In this document: piece after piece, positions 1 to 7,977 of the stretch
Numbering within the stretch: position 1 is the first letter of the stretch
Layout: each line of letters starts with the position of its first letter
NCBI GenBank assembly: GCA_027568095.1
Contig: GCA_027568095.1_4956.1
DNA length: 58,547 nt
Direction: 5' to 3' (one strand)
DNA from: a phage
The notes under the pieces: generated by a model
Seen by the model: only the letters and a program-made list of their open reading frames with translations
The model's database searches: none
What the model was told of the DNA's origin: nothing
Program-made: the position numbers and the translations under genes

Positions 1-58
1 CTGCTCGTGCTGCTGATGCTGACATTAACAAACTGTTGGTGAAACTTTTCACTGAATA
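1..58 (+). CDS. 3' end of an ORF running off the window start (hypothetical; ...INKLLVKLFTE)
   Basis: Open frame from window edge to TAA at 56-58; next gene RBS follows. Confidence 0.2.
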
Positions 59-80
59 AAAATACTGGAGCGCGTGAAAC

Positions 81-263
81 ATGGGTGATAAACCAACTCT
101 GACACCGTGGCGGATCCGTTTAAATGGTGATGATATTAGAACCATTTACGCTTATCAGGATAAACCACGAAATTTAGCACTGGGGCAATACGCGCAATTA
201 TTCATGTTATCGTCCTGGCAGATTGTGCAACGCGCACTGGAAAAGATTAAAAGAGGTTATTAG
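81..263 (+). CDS. hypothetical small early protein (60 aa)
   Basis: ORF with GGAG about 10 nt upstream of ATG; tightly packed plus-strand array. Confidence 0.4.
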   Translation: MGDKPTLTPWRIRLNGDDIRTIYAYQDKPRNLALGQYAQLFMLSSWQIVQRALEKIKRGY

Positions 264-266
264 GTT

Positions 267-452
267 ATGTTTGATTACAGAAGTATGACCATATTTGAAT
301 GTTTAAATCTATTGGTAGCAACTGACCGTCCTGTACTTTGCGATGCAGATGAACAATGTGCGTATATTGGTGAGCTTGAGGAGGATGATATAACCATTGG
401 GGGAGGTGAATTTTTGCACCAGGTCATGGGGTCAAATAATGAATGTATATGA
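267..452 (+). CDS. hypothetical small acidic protein (61 aa)
   Basis: ORF with AGAGG RBS; 3-nt gap from upstream stop. Confidence 0.4.
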   Translation: MFDYRSMTIFECLNLLVATDRPVLCDADEQCAYIGELEEDDITIGGGEFLHQVMGSNNECI

Positions 453-756
453 TAATCAAAACATGTGGTTTATCCGCAAACCTACTTGTAGTGATAAATA
501 TAAAGCTCTTGATGTCCATCATTATATTGAACAATATGAGATTATAAATAAAACACCAAAAGGTTGGCGTGTTAAATGTCGTTACAGCGATAAAGGTCGT
601 GTGTTACTTAAAAACTCTTATCACTGTTTTTGTTCTGAAAAAGACGCGCTAGAATTCCTCGCAAATGAGGCCAACAACATGGCGGCGTTGTTAGATGAAC
701 GCAAATTAACATATGTTCGTCTATTGTGTGATTGTCGTGATGCGTTAAAAAGGTGA
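439..756 (+). CDS. hypothetical protein (about 105 aa)
   Basis: First ATG at 439 overlaps upstream stop; track ORF 397.. uses a TTG. Confidence 0.4.
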   Translation: MNVYDNQNMWFIRKPTCSDKYKALDVHHYIEQYEIINKTPKGWRVKCRYSDKGRVLLKNSYHCFCSEKDALEFLANEANNMAALLDERKLTYVRLLCDCRDALKR

Positions 757-763
757 TCGAACA

Positions 764-910
764 ATGAAACGCGCTATCATCAGCATTACAATTATTACAC
801 TTGTAATATACATGTTCAATATATCAACTAAGGAAAACATCGAAAAATTACGTTTAATTGCTACTATTAGTATGATTTCTTATTTGATAAACATGTGGCA
901 ATCAAAATAA
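764..910 (+). CDS. small hydrophobic membrane peptide (48 aa, below track cutoff)
   Basis: AAGGTGA RBS 7 nt upstream of ATG 764; predicted TM stretch IISITIITLVIYMF. Confidence 0.35.
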   Translation: MKRAIISITIITLVIYMFNISTKENIEKLRLIATISMISYLINMWQSK

Positions 911-1191
911 TGTGGAACATTTGTCATAAATCCGGGCGTGTACTGTTCACCACAAATGATGAACGGACCGCTATGAATCGTGCTAAATATGGGTGGAGGG
1001 TTAAAAAAGTGGATGAACATTTTGAAGTAGGTGAGATTTGGTTGTCACCTCGTGGTTATTTCTACAAAGTGGTTGATGTACAAAATAACCATGCGATTTT
1101 AAAAATGGGTACTCACGGATTAGGTAGAAAGATTAAACGTCGCAAGAATGCTACTAAAAACTGGCAGTTACATGTGGAGACATTGAAATGA
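895..1191 (+). CDS. hypothetical protein
   Basis: Track ORF (GTG start; alternative ATG at 910); weak RBS. Confidence 0.35.
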   Translation: MAIKIMWNICHKSGRVLFTTNDERTAMNRAKYGWRVKKVDEHFEVGEIWLSPRGYFYKVVDVQNNHAILKMGTHGLGRKIKRRKNATKNWQLHVETLK

Positions 1192-1283
1192 GTTTGCTTG
1201 GTTTAGTTAGTGCATTTGTAGTCGGTGTGGTAGCTGGAGCAATGTTAATGGTGTTGATTGTTGTACTGGCAATGCGAACTTAG
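1188..1283 (+). CDS. small single-TM hydrophobic peptide (31 aa)
   Basis: ATGA start/stop overlap with upstream gene; sequence MSLLGLVSAFVVGVVAGAMLMVLIVVLAMRT. Confidence 0.35.
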   Translation: MSLLGLVSAFVVGVVAGAMLMVLIVVLAMRT

Positions 1284-1409
1284 TTGGGAAAGGTGAAAAG
1301 TCAGTCGTTAACAACGTACCAGCCGAAACCCCTGTTAAATTATCGTAAATCCTATACCATCTTCACCAGTTCCACACTACCCTGAAATTATCAAACAGGA
1401 GTGTGGAAC

Positions 1410-1616
1410 ATGTTCAGATACGTTTTAAAATTACTCGCCATCATTGTAACCTGGCTAATCATACAATCCGGGTATGACCTTCGTGTTCGTAACCAATGCT
1501 CAGACTATCAACGCATTACACGAACTGCGACAATCTACAGTCACGGTATTTGTTACGCCGCAGATAGTGACGGTCAGTTTAAAATAATTCTTGACGGTTT
1601 ACACATTATCAGATAG
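1410..1616 (+). CDS. small membrane protein (68 aa)
   Basis: CAGGAG RBS 8 nt upstream of ATG 1410; N-terminal hydrophobic helix. Confidence 0.45.
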   Translation: MFRYVLKLLAIIVTWLIIQSGYDLRVRNQCSDYQRITRTATIYSHGICYAADSDGQFKIILDGLHIIR

Positions 1617-1651
1617 ACTTCAGTTTGTGTAAAACAACTGGAGTTATCACC

Positions 1652-1918
1652 ATGTTTAAAACTGGTCAACACGTAGAAATCACCAGTCCACGACTGTTAG
1701 AAATTCTCGCACGTCGCAAATCTCAACCGTTCGGTACTGTTGTAGCGGTCGATCCGCAAGCTGAATACCCGGTTAAAATTCGCATCATTGATGATACAGG
1801 GTTTCAAATCCCCTTCACGTTCGACGGTGAGCAGTGTGATTACACTTTCTCATTTACCATGAATGGTCATCATGACCATCGTAGCCTGACACCTGATTTA
1901 AAAGTGGTGAACGTATGA
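1652..1918 (+). CDS. hypothetical protein (88 aa)
   Basis: CTGGAG RBS 8 nt upstream of ATG 1652. Confidence 0.5.
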   Translation: MFKTGQHVEITSPRLLEILARRKSQPFGTVVAVDPQAEYPVKIRIIDDTGFQIPFTFDGEQCDYTFSFTMNGHHDHRSLTPDLKVVNV

Positions 1919-2070
1919 TTCTTGATTACGCAATTAAATTGTTAAGTTCCACTAACACTTTATGGAGTGTTCCACAACAACGAATCATTACTTACCGTAA
2001 ACAACAGCATCATAAAACAGGTATTGCAAAAGCCCGACGCGAGGCGAAGAAAAGAAGGAACAGGAAATGA
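1915..2070 (+). CDS. small basic protein (51 aa)
   Basis: ATGA overlaps with both neighbours (translational coupling); Lys/Arg-rich C-terminus. Confidence 0.4.
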   Translation: MILDYAIKLLSSTNTLWSVPQQRIITYRKQQHHKTGIAKARREAKKRRNRK

Positions 2071-2264
2071 CTGTGCACGAATCCGTGATTAAACAACAAG
2101 CAATTGAACAAGTATTGAAAGATTTAAAAATACTGAACGACGCCAGGTTAATAGCGGCGCGTTATGGTCACTGTCATATTCAGGTTGATTATAACGGTGC
2201 TGTTAAAATTGTAGAAGTCAAAGATTTAGTTGCTGAATATATTAAAAATGAAGGTGGTGTATGA
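2067..2264 (+). CDS. hypothetical protein (65 aa)
   Basis: GGAACAGGAA RBS; ATGA overlap with upstream ORF. Confidence 0.5.
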   Translation: MTVHESVIKQQAIEQVLKDLKILNDARLIAARYGHCHIQVDYNGAVKIVEVKDLVAEYIKNEGGV

Positions 2265-2458
2265 AACTAACAGAAGCACAAGATTATCAGCGTAGAATTT
2301 TAGATCTCATTAAACAGTTAAACCGCACGATACACGAAGCCTCAATCGTCGGAATTAATGTTGAACTTGATTTATACGAAGAACAAAAACTAAGTGGTGT
2401 AAACACTGTTGTTCTTGACGGAAAAGTTACCATCAAACCACAGGACATTGAACTATGA
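2261..2458 (+). CDS. hypothetical protein (65 aa)
   Basis: GGTGGTG RBS; ATGA overlap with upstream ORF. Confidence 0.5.
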   Translation: MKLTEAQDYQRRILDLIKQLNRTIHEASIVGINVELDLYEEQKLSGVNTVVLDGKVTIKPQDIEL

Positions 2459-3145
2459 ACTTCTTTAAAAACGCTATTATTTATCGTCTGACTAACACGA
2501 TGGCATTAATGGCCCAGTTACCAACGCTGGAAGACAGTCTGTGTGCGTTTCAATTCATGTGGTTCACAGGATATGGCGCGTACTGGATGGATTCCGGCAA
2601 CTGAACAACATCATACACTGGTTCACCAGGCTAACGGGTTGATCGTGGTTGATGCGTCTAGTGCTAAACGGGCTGAAGATGCGTTAGCGCTGTTGCGTAA
2701 ATCCTTGAGTAGTCTGCCTGTAGTCCCACTGACAACTGAAAACCCTGTTGAACTGACAACAACGGAGTGGGTACGTTCAGGAAACGCGCCAACAGGTTTT
2801 ACAATGGGTGACGCTGCTGAACTGAAAGCAGTCCTGACTGACGGCGGTGTTGCACGCGTTAAAAAACAGGATTTAACCAGTGATGAAATAGCCACACATA
2901 TTGAAGCCGGGAAAGTCGTTACAAAACTGGCGATGGACTGGCAGCAGCGGGTAACGTTTACGCTAACTGACAGCATGACGTTAAACCGTGTGAAATTCTG
3001 CGACGAACTGATGTGCCAGAACGACGATGTTGACCTTGAAGACAGTCTGGTACGATTCGACGCTGATTTTGTACTGATGACAGGTGAACTTTCAATGCTG
3101 ATTAAACAACTTATCACTGCTTTGGGTGGGGAGGCTAAACGATGA
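2455..3145 (+). CDS. rdgC: RdgC-like recombination-associated protein, reading frame interrupted by a 1-nt shift near 2540-2545
   Basis: N-terminus [13 protein letters not shown] in frame A from ATG 2455 (resembles the RdgC N-terminus as recalled); [11 protein letters not shown]...[28 protein letters not shown] in frame +1 (track ORF 2543..3145); frames join if one nt is removed in the TGTGTG tract. Confidence 0.5.
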
Positions 3146-3477
3146 AAACAGAACAGGAACGTATTATTCAGTGGTTATGCTCTGGTGAAACTGGTCTGAG
3201 TTCTAAAACGATGGTCTGCATTCACACAGGTAACGAAATGGGTGGTGAATGGGGATTTCGTGCGCCACAAGATGTTGCTGATTTTCGCCGTTGCTGGTTC
3301 CTGGTTGAAGCTGTACCGGAAATCAGAAACAGTTTTCCATTGATTGCTGAAAAGTGTCCGGCGTTTAAAGGCGTGATTGAAAACTGGGATGTTATTAGCG
3401 CAGCTTATGAACGTGAACGCGGATCCGGTAAATGTCCTGAAACGTATCGGTTACTGAAAGAAGCGTTGGGCGAATAA
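3142..3477 (+). CDS. hypothetical protein (111 aa)
   Basis: GGGGAGG RBS; ATGA overlap with upstream gene. Confidence 0.5.
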   Translation: MKTEQERIIQWLCSGETGLSSKTMVCIHTGNEMGGEWGFRAPQDVADFRRCWFLVEAVPEIRNSFPLIAEKCPAFKGVIENWDVISAAYERERGSGKCPETYRLLKEALGE

Positions 3478-3486
3478 TGAGCATTA

Positions 3487-3510
3487 CCCCGGGTTAACCC
3501 GGGGTTTTTA
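3487..3510 (+). terminator. intrinsic terminator (CCCCGGG-TTAAC-CCCGGGG + T5)
   Basis: GC stem 7 bp followed by TTTTT immediately after stop of 3142..3477. Confidence 0.6.
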
Positions 3511-3524
3511 ACACGAGGGTAATA

Positions 3525-3728
3525 ATGATTGTTAAGTGTTCAGGTTTTACAAAAATTGCAGACCGTTACCGCGAACTATTTACGGTGGGTAAATGTTATC
3601 TGGTAGACCAAAAGTCTGAAAAAGTTTTCGACGACAACAGAAAACCACAACCATTCGATTTTGAAAAATTAGCTGTCAACGGTACACCCGGAATATACGT
3701 TCACTTCCAGAATATCGCCCGGAATTAA
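3525..3728 (+). CDS. hypothetical protein (67 aa)
   Basis: GAGGG RBS; stop codon lies in loop of a GCCCGG/CCGGGC hairpin. Confidence 0.45.
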   Translation: MIVKCSGFTKIADRYRELFTVGKCYLVDQKSEKVFDDNRKPQPFDFEKLAVNGTPGIYVHFQNIARN

Positions 3729-3826
3729 CCGGGCTTTCTAAAACGCTCTCTGACGAACTTAACACCCTACCCTGTACCATCGCACCACCCGACCCTGTTT
3801 ATCAAAAAAGCAAACGGTTTCCGGCG

Positions 3827-4462
3827 TTATTTAAGTGCCTTCTGATACAGTTGCGCGATGTCGTCGATAGTTGCACCTTCAGGAACACTCTGAACCACGT
3901 TTCCAACCACACCAGACAATTCCACACGGTCGATACTGTTCCCGGTGATCTTATCCAGTTGTTCAGACGCTTTTGCACGAGTTTTCGGGTCGAACAGTTC
4001 ACGTGTCACCAGAATGTATCCGCCCAGCATGTAACGTTTGTAGCAAACTACGTACTGTTGCAGATGACTGGGGATATCGTCGGTACTGTTCACCCACAGG
4101 TGTTTCGCTTCTGTGTCGTCTTCACCAGGAACGATTACGCGCTGACAATACGGTTCCAGTAATTCTTCAGCAGTGCTTGCTGCTCGTTTCCACCACTCGA
4201 CACGACTCGTTAACGATTCCCCGACAGACTCAAGCGCATGACTTCCCATCGCGTCCAGATAGTTCAACACCTTCGTATTCGACAGGAGACGGTGCGCGGT
4301 CGTTGCAGCCGCTGCGTCAGATGTGTGACCCGGATAAGCCTCTAAAACGCATCGCGTATTGCTGAACCCGTTATTGACACGATCTAACCACAGGTTGGCG
4401 AATTTGAGCTGTTCCGGCGACAACTCCAGAGCAGCCCTTTTAGCCCGGTCTGAAATTTTCAT
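3827..4462 (-). CDS. terminase small subunit-like protein (Terminase_2-type HTH motif)
   Basis: LSPEQLKFANLWL...GFSNTRCVLEAYPGHTSDAAAATTAHRLLSNTKVLNYL resembles the TerS HTH pattern; GGAG RBS 8 nt upstream of ATG 4462. Confidence 0.45.
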   Translation of the reverse strand: MKISDRAKRAALELSPEQLKFANLWLDRVNNGFSNTRCVLEAYPGHTSDAAAATTAHRLLSNTKVLNYLDAMGSHALESVGESLTSRVEWWKRAASTAEELLEPYCQRVIVPGEDDTEAKHLWVNSTDDIPSHLQQYVVCYKRYMLGGYILVTRELFDPKTRAKASEQLDKITGNSIDRVELSGVVGNVVQSVPEGATIDDIAQLYQKALK

Positions 4463-4960
4463 AAATTTGTCTCCCATAAATTTTAAATTAGTTTCCCACA
4501 GATACCCACGGGTTGTCTACACGCCCTGTTTTACAGCTAATACGATGTTAGTATTAAGTTTATAACCTGTCATGGTTTATAAACACATAATCCCAACAAT
4601 TTCAAAGACTTGCATAAAAACATAGATTACAATAGGTATCTCCCAGACTTTTATTTTAGCTCTATTTACAGCTTACACTACTCTAGTATTATCTCTATCT
4701 TTCTATACTACTTCTTATTTATATCTATGTTTTCTATGTTATCTATAAAAAGATAATAAAAAGAATAAGATAGAGAGGGGTTGGTTAAAAAATAAACATG
4801 ACGAAATCTATACCAATCTATGATTTTGATACTATGACAGGATTAACTGTAACACTAATACTATCATAGTGTTCTATCTTAGTATTAGCAGTTTGCGAGC
4901 AATCCTATGATAGTCAGTCGTTCTACCATAGGACTAGCTGTAACACTATGACAGGATTAC

Positions 4961-4988
4961 TTGCATAGCTCTCACCCCGTGGTAAAAT
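4961..4988 (+). promoter_or_regulatory. sigma70-like promoter for 5008 gene (TTGCAT-16-TAAAAT, TG-extended)
   Basis: -35 TTGCAT 4961-4966, -10 TAAAAT 4983-4988, then AAGGAGGG RBS and ATG 5008. Confidence 0.5.
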
Positions 4989-5007
4989 AAAAGAAAAGGA
5001 GGGTGAA

Positions 5008-5775
5008 ATGAAAAAGAATATTTTTAAAGAATTTGCTGATGCAATGGGTAGTTTACGCGAGGCTGTTGATTATCTTGCTAAACACGACGTTAAAATTTCA
5101 GTTGGTCGTTATAATGAATGGATGGCTGGCAAGCAGTACCCACTGGCTACCACGCTTAACGTCATCATGAAAAAACTTGGGTTACCGAATCTGGACCCGG
5201 TGATTGATGTTGGTGAGGTTGTTCTTAAACGCACAATACCAGTTACCGAACTGCGTCAGAAATTACCACACAGACGTTTTGCTAATAACTACTGGCAACG
5301 TGTCAGATACGTTGATTCACAGATCCTGGAAGCTGTTCACGGTCACGACGTGTGGACACGGTTTGAGGCGATGTGCGGTAATTTTGAATGTGCAAGATAC
5401 GTGTTACGCAGGAATTTAAACAAACACACAATTACTGACAGTTGGATTCAGAATGGTTTGCGCCGGGGCTGGATCCCGGAATGTGTAAACGTAATGGTCG
5501 ATTTGCTTGAAAAATACGAAGGCACTGGGACACCGTTTAACGTGATGGTTTGTGAACCACCTGTAGCACGAGTGGAACCACCTGTAGCACGAGTGGAAGC
5601 ACCTGTAGCACGAGTGGAAGCACCTGTAGCACGAGTGGAAGCACCTGTAGTCGATGTCAGCGATTTGAAGGAGAAAATCAGACTGTATGCGTTATCACAC
5701 AATCCTCATTGCGATGTAGATAATATGCCGGATGATGTTGTTTTGATGATGTATAAAGATATGATGGGCCAATGA
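5008..5775 (+). CDS. hypothetical protein with in-frame PVARVE tandem repeats
   Basis: Strong RBS; 21-bp repeat x about 4.6 encodes (E)PPVARVE units. Confidence 0.5.
   Translation: MKKNIFKEFADAMGSLREAVDYLAKHDVKISVGRYNEWMAGKQYPLATTLNVIMKKLGLPNLDPVIDVGEVVLKRTIPVTELRQKLPHRRFANNYWQRVRYVDSQILEAVHGHDVWTRFEAMCGNFECARYVLRRNLNKHTITDSWIQNGLRRGWIPECVNVMVDLLEKYEGTGTPFNVMVCEPPVARVEPPVARVEAPVARVEAPVARVEAPVVDVSDLKEKIRLYALSHNPHCDVDNMPDDVVLMMYKDMMGQ
5554..5655 (+). repeat. 21-bp tandem repeat (gaa[c/g]cacctgtagcacgagtg) x about 4.6, in-frame coding
   Basis: Direct inspection of 5554-5655. Confidence 0.8.
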
Positions 5776-5779
5776 AGAT

Positions 5780-5804
5780 AGCGGGGCTAACTACCCCGCT
5801 TTTT
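5780..5804. terminator. bidirectional intrinsic terminator between convergent genes
   Basis: AGCGGGG-CTAACTA-CCCCGCT + TTTT between stops at 5775 (+) and 5806 (-). Confidence 0.6.
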
Positions 5805-5805
5805 G

Positions 5806-6144
5806 TTAACAGAAGGGTTCGTTTTTCCAGTCACCATCCTGTTTAAGTATGTAAGGTTGATAATCTGTTTCACCCGTTTCAACATGTTCCAGATTACCCT
5901 GACGATTCGTTTTAAACTTACCCAATGGTAAATACTGACGCGGGAAAACGTTATGCCATTTACCGTATTCGGTATCTTTTCCATCTTTGTATTTAACGGG
6001 ACCACACGCTGAACATAATCGTTTACCTTTCCTTTCAGGTGCATATGACCAGTCGTATAATTTTTCAAAGAAGCCGTTAAATCCCTGAGAAGACAGAGCG
6101 GTGTTTTCAACACATCCACAGTTTTCACATTGAAACAAACTCAT
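5806..6144 (-). CDS. zinc-ribbon protein (CxxC...CxxC)
   Basis: ORF with CENCGC and CSACG cysteine pairs. Confidence 0.45.
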   Translation of the reverse strand: MSLFQCENCGCVENTALSSQGFNGFFEKLYDWSYAPERKGKRLCSACGPVKYKDGKDTEYGKWHNVFPRQYLPLGKFKTNRQGNLEHVETGETDYQPYILKQDGDWKNEPFC

Positions 6145-6207
6145 CGATACACCTCATAGAAAACGTGCGCTACATAGAGCGCACTGATGAATAGTATGAA
6201 CAGGTAG

Positions 6208-6462
6208 TTATTCACTTTTCAGGCACTCTATGCAAGTGTCGTTGATAAAGTGATGTTTGTGGTTGCTGAGGCTTTCGAACTGGCGGTTAGTCGTGTCACA
6301 ATCGTCTGCTATTTTGTCTAGTATCCCGTAAGAATGAGAAACTAGCGAATTAAACTCGTCATCACTGGTTACCGGTACAGGGACAAATCTAATCCCGACA
6401 TGTGCAAGACTATTTGCCATTTCAAGACATTTGCGTATTTCTACAGGCGATGCTTTATTCAT
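6208..6462 (-). CDS. hypothetical protein (84 aa)
   Basis: GGAG RBS 8 nt upstream of ATG 6462; abuts stop of HD gene. Confidence 0.45.
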   Translation of the reverse strand: MNKASPVEIRKCLEMANSLAHVGIRFVPVPVTSDDEFNSLVSHSYGILDKIADDCDTTNRQFESLSNHKHHFINDTCIECLKSE

Positions 6463-6464
6463 GA

Positions 6465-7034
6465 TCACAACTCCCCCATCGCTTTAACCAGTGCGTCGTA
6501 GTGTTTGTCAAACGCGGTCAACTGGACGTTCGTTAGTTTGTATTTGGCTTTAAACAATTCACGCTCAACAAGCGCGTATAACTCCTGATTACTTGCGTCT
6601 GACAGGTGAGCAAGCATGAGTTGTTTTTCAGCCAGGTACGTTACAGCAAACTTCGGATCATGTCGGACAATTGAAGATGTGTTATCCAGCAGATCACACA
6701 GTTTTATAGTTTTCACCACAGGTTCAGCCCGTGATAAATGGTCGATGTCCCGTGCTTTACGTTTAACACGGTTGCCGTGGTGTGGACGACTCACATCAGT
6801 AAGCTGATCAATATAACGTGCCACAGTCTCACCGAACTGCGAACACACATCACCCACGGTCACGGGAGTATCTTCAACGACGTCATGCAGCCAGGCAGCG
6901 GTAACCATATCCGGCGTACCACCATAGCGTTTAACCAGTTCAGCAACGTTCCGGCAGTGGTTCACATATGGGTCGTTGGTATACTTACGAAGTTGATCAC
7001 CGTGTGCTGCTGTTGCGAATTGTTCAGGTGTCAT
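6465..7034 (-). CDS. RelA/SpoT-type HD-domain hydrolase (small alarmone hydrolase-like)
   Basis: AAHGDQLRKYTNDPYVNHCRNVAELV...DMVTAAWLHDVVEDT matches the SpoT/Mesh1 HD hydrolase motif pattern; AGAGG RBS. Confidence 0.6.
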   Translation of the reverse strand: MTPEQFATAAHGDQLRKYTNDPYVNHCRNVAELVKRYGGTPDMVTAAWLHDVVEDTPVTVGDVCSQFGETVARYIDQLTDVSRPHHGNRVKRKARDIDHLSRAEPVVKTIKLCDLLDNTSSIVRHDPKFAVTYLAEKQLMLAHLSDASNQELYALVERELFKAKYKLTNVQLTAFDKHYDALVKAMGEL

Positions 7035-7189
7035 GATGGTTGTACCTCTGTTTGTTTTTCTGCCTTCAACACCATGCGAGAACCATCATCCAGTTCCCAC
7101 GCGATCTCACCACCTTTAACATCGCGCATTTTTGCCAGCATGATAGTTTTTGATAGTGGTGAAAAACCAAGTTGAAGTTTAGTGCTCAT
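7031..7189 (-). CDS. small protein (52 aa, below track cutoff)
   Basis: ATGA overlap with HD gene start; fills gap between 7192..7464 and 6465..7034. Confidence 0.35.
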   Translation of the reverse strand: MSTKLQLGFSPLSKTIMLAKMRDVKGGEIAWELDDGSRMVLKAEKQTEVQPS

Positions 7190-7191
7190 AT

Positions 7192-7464
7192 TCAATACCC
7201 TTTTAATTTTCTACACTCAGGACAGCGCCATCTACCTTTTTGGTAAACTCGCGCATGACCACGTTTACATTTATTGGTTACCAGTGATATACCGAGAAGT
7301 GACGCTTTAATGTGCACCGCTTCAACGTCACGGCGAAGGTAATACGCTATTTCGTCCGCACTGATCTTCCCCGCATTAATTTTTAATAACGCCAGATCTC
7401 GTGCGGACCATTTCAAACCGTTACGAGGGAATCTGTTAGTTGTATCAGTTGAATGTTCATACAT
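7192..7464 (-). CDS. hypothetical protein with C-terminal zinc ribbon
   Basis: ORF; C-terminal CKRG...CPEC. Confidence 0.45.
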   Translation of the reverse strand: MYEHSTDTTNRFPRNGLKWSARDLALLKINAGKISADEIAYYLRRDVEAVHIKASLLGISLVTNKCKRGHARVYQKGRWRCPECRKLKGY

Positions 7465-7977
7465 TCACCATCCTTTGCGAAGCTGTATGGCGAATTCACG
7501 AACTATTTTAATATCCTTGTCATCCCACAAAAGACCGTTTAAATAATCACCGAAAGTATCCACCCCCTGCGCCCGGACTTCAGCCAGGAAAGCATCGGTG
7601 GCTGGGGTGTCTGATTGCATAGACTTTGCGCGATAGTCATTCCACCCTCTTGCATACATGGGATTAACTTGCACTCCATCTTTTACGCAATATGCCTGCC
7701 CTCCACGGTTGATAACCTGGATTTCGTCCATAGCGCCAGACTTCAGCCTCGTATTCTCCGCCGCCAGCGCCGAAAACTTCTCGTGTGCCAACTTAACAGC
7801 TGCATCAGCCTGCTTAATTGACTCAATCGTTTTCTGTTGGTCTTCGGACAGAGCCGAAATCTTAGCCTCCGCTTCAGCAAATTTACGCACCAGATATTCA
7901 GCATTTGTTTCGTTAACCTTTAAATCTCGTGGGATGCATTTACCACGAAGAAAACCTTCCATTTCATATACAGTCAT
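7465..7977 (-). CDS. hypothetical protein (170 aa)
   Basis: GAGGTG RBS 6 nt upstream of ATG. Confidence 0.5.
   Translation of the reverse strand: MTVYEMEGFLRGKCIPRDLKVNETNAEYLVRKFAEAEAKISALSEDQQKTIESIKQADAAVKLAHEKFSALAAENTRLKSGAMDEIQVINRGGQAYCVKDGVQVNPMYARGWNDYRAKSMQSDTPATDAFLAEVRAQGVDTFGDYLNGLLWDDKDIKIVREFAIQLRKGW

Noticed and set aside
2623-3117. Minus-strand 164-aa ORF inside the RdgC-like gene
   Set aside because: Fully antisense to a gene with clear homology-like motifs; Ser/Thr-rich low-complexity translation typical of antisense frames.
3717-3740. GCCCGG-AATTAA-CCGGGC hairpin after gene 3525..3728 as a strong terminator
   Set aside because: Stem is good but the downstream tract (CTTTCTAAAA) is only weakly U-rich; listed in the gene evidence rather than as a terminator feature.
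3851-4365. Plus-strand ORFs 3851..4162 and 3973..4365 overlapping the TerS-like gene
   Set aside because: Antisense to a better-supported minus-strand gene; no RBS; Cys/His-rich low-complexity composition.
5554-5655. Tandem repeats as a possible CRISPR array or VNTR locus
   Set aside because: Repeats are contiguous with no unique spacers, lie in-frame within ORFs and encode Pro/Val/Ala linker peptides; the same holds for 20311-20468.
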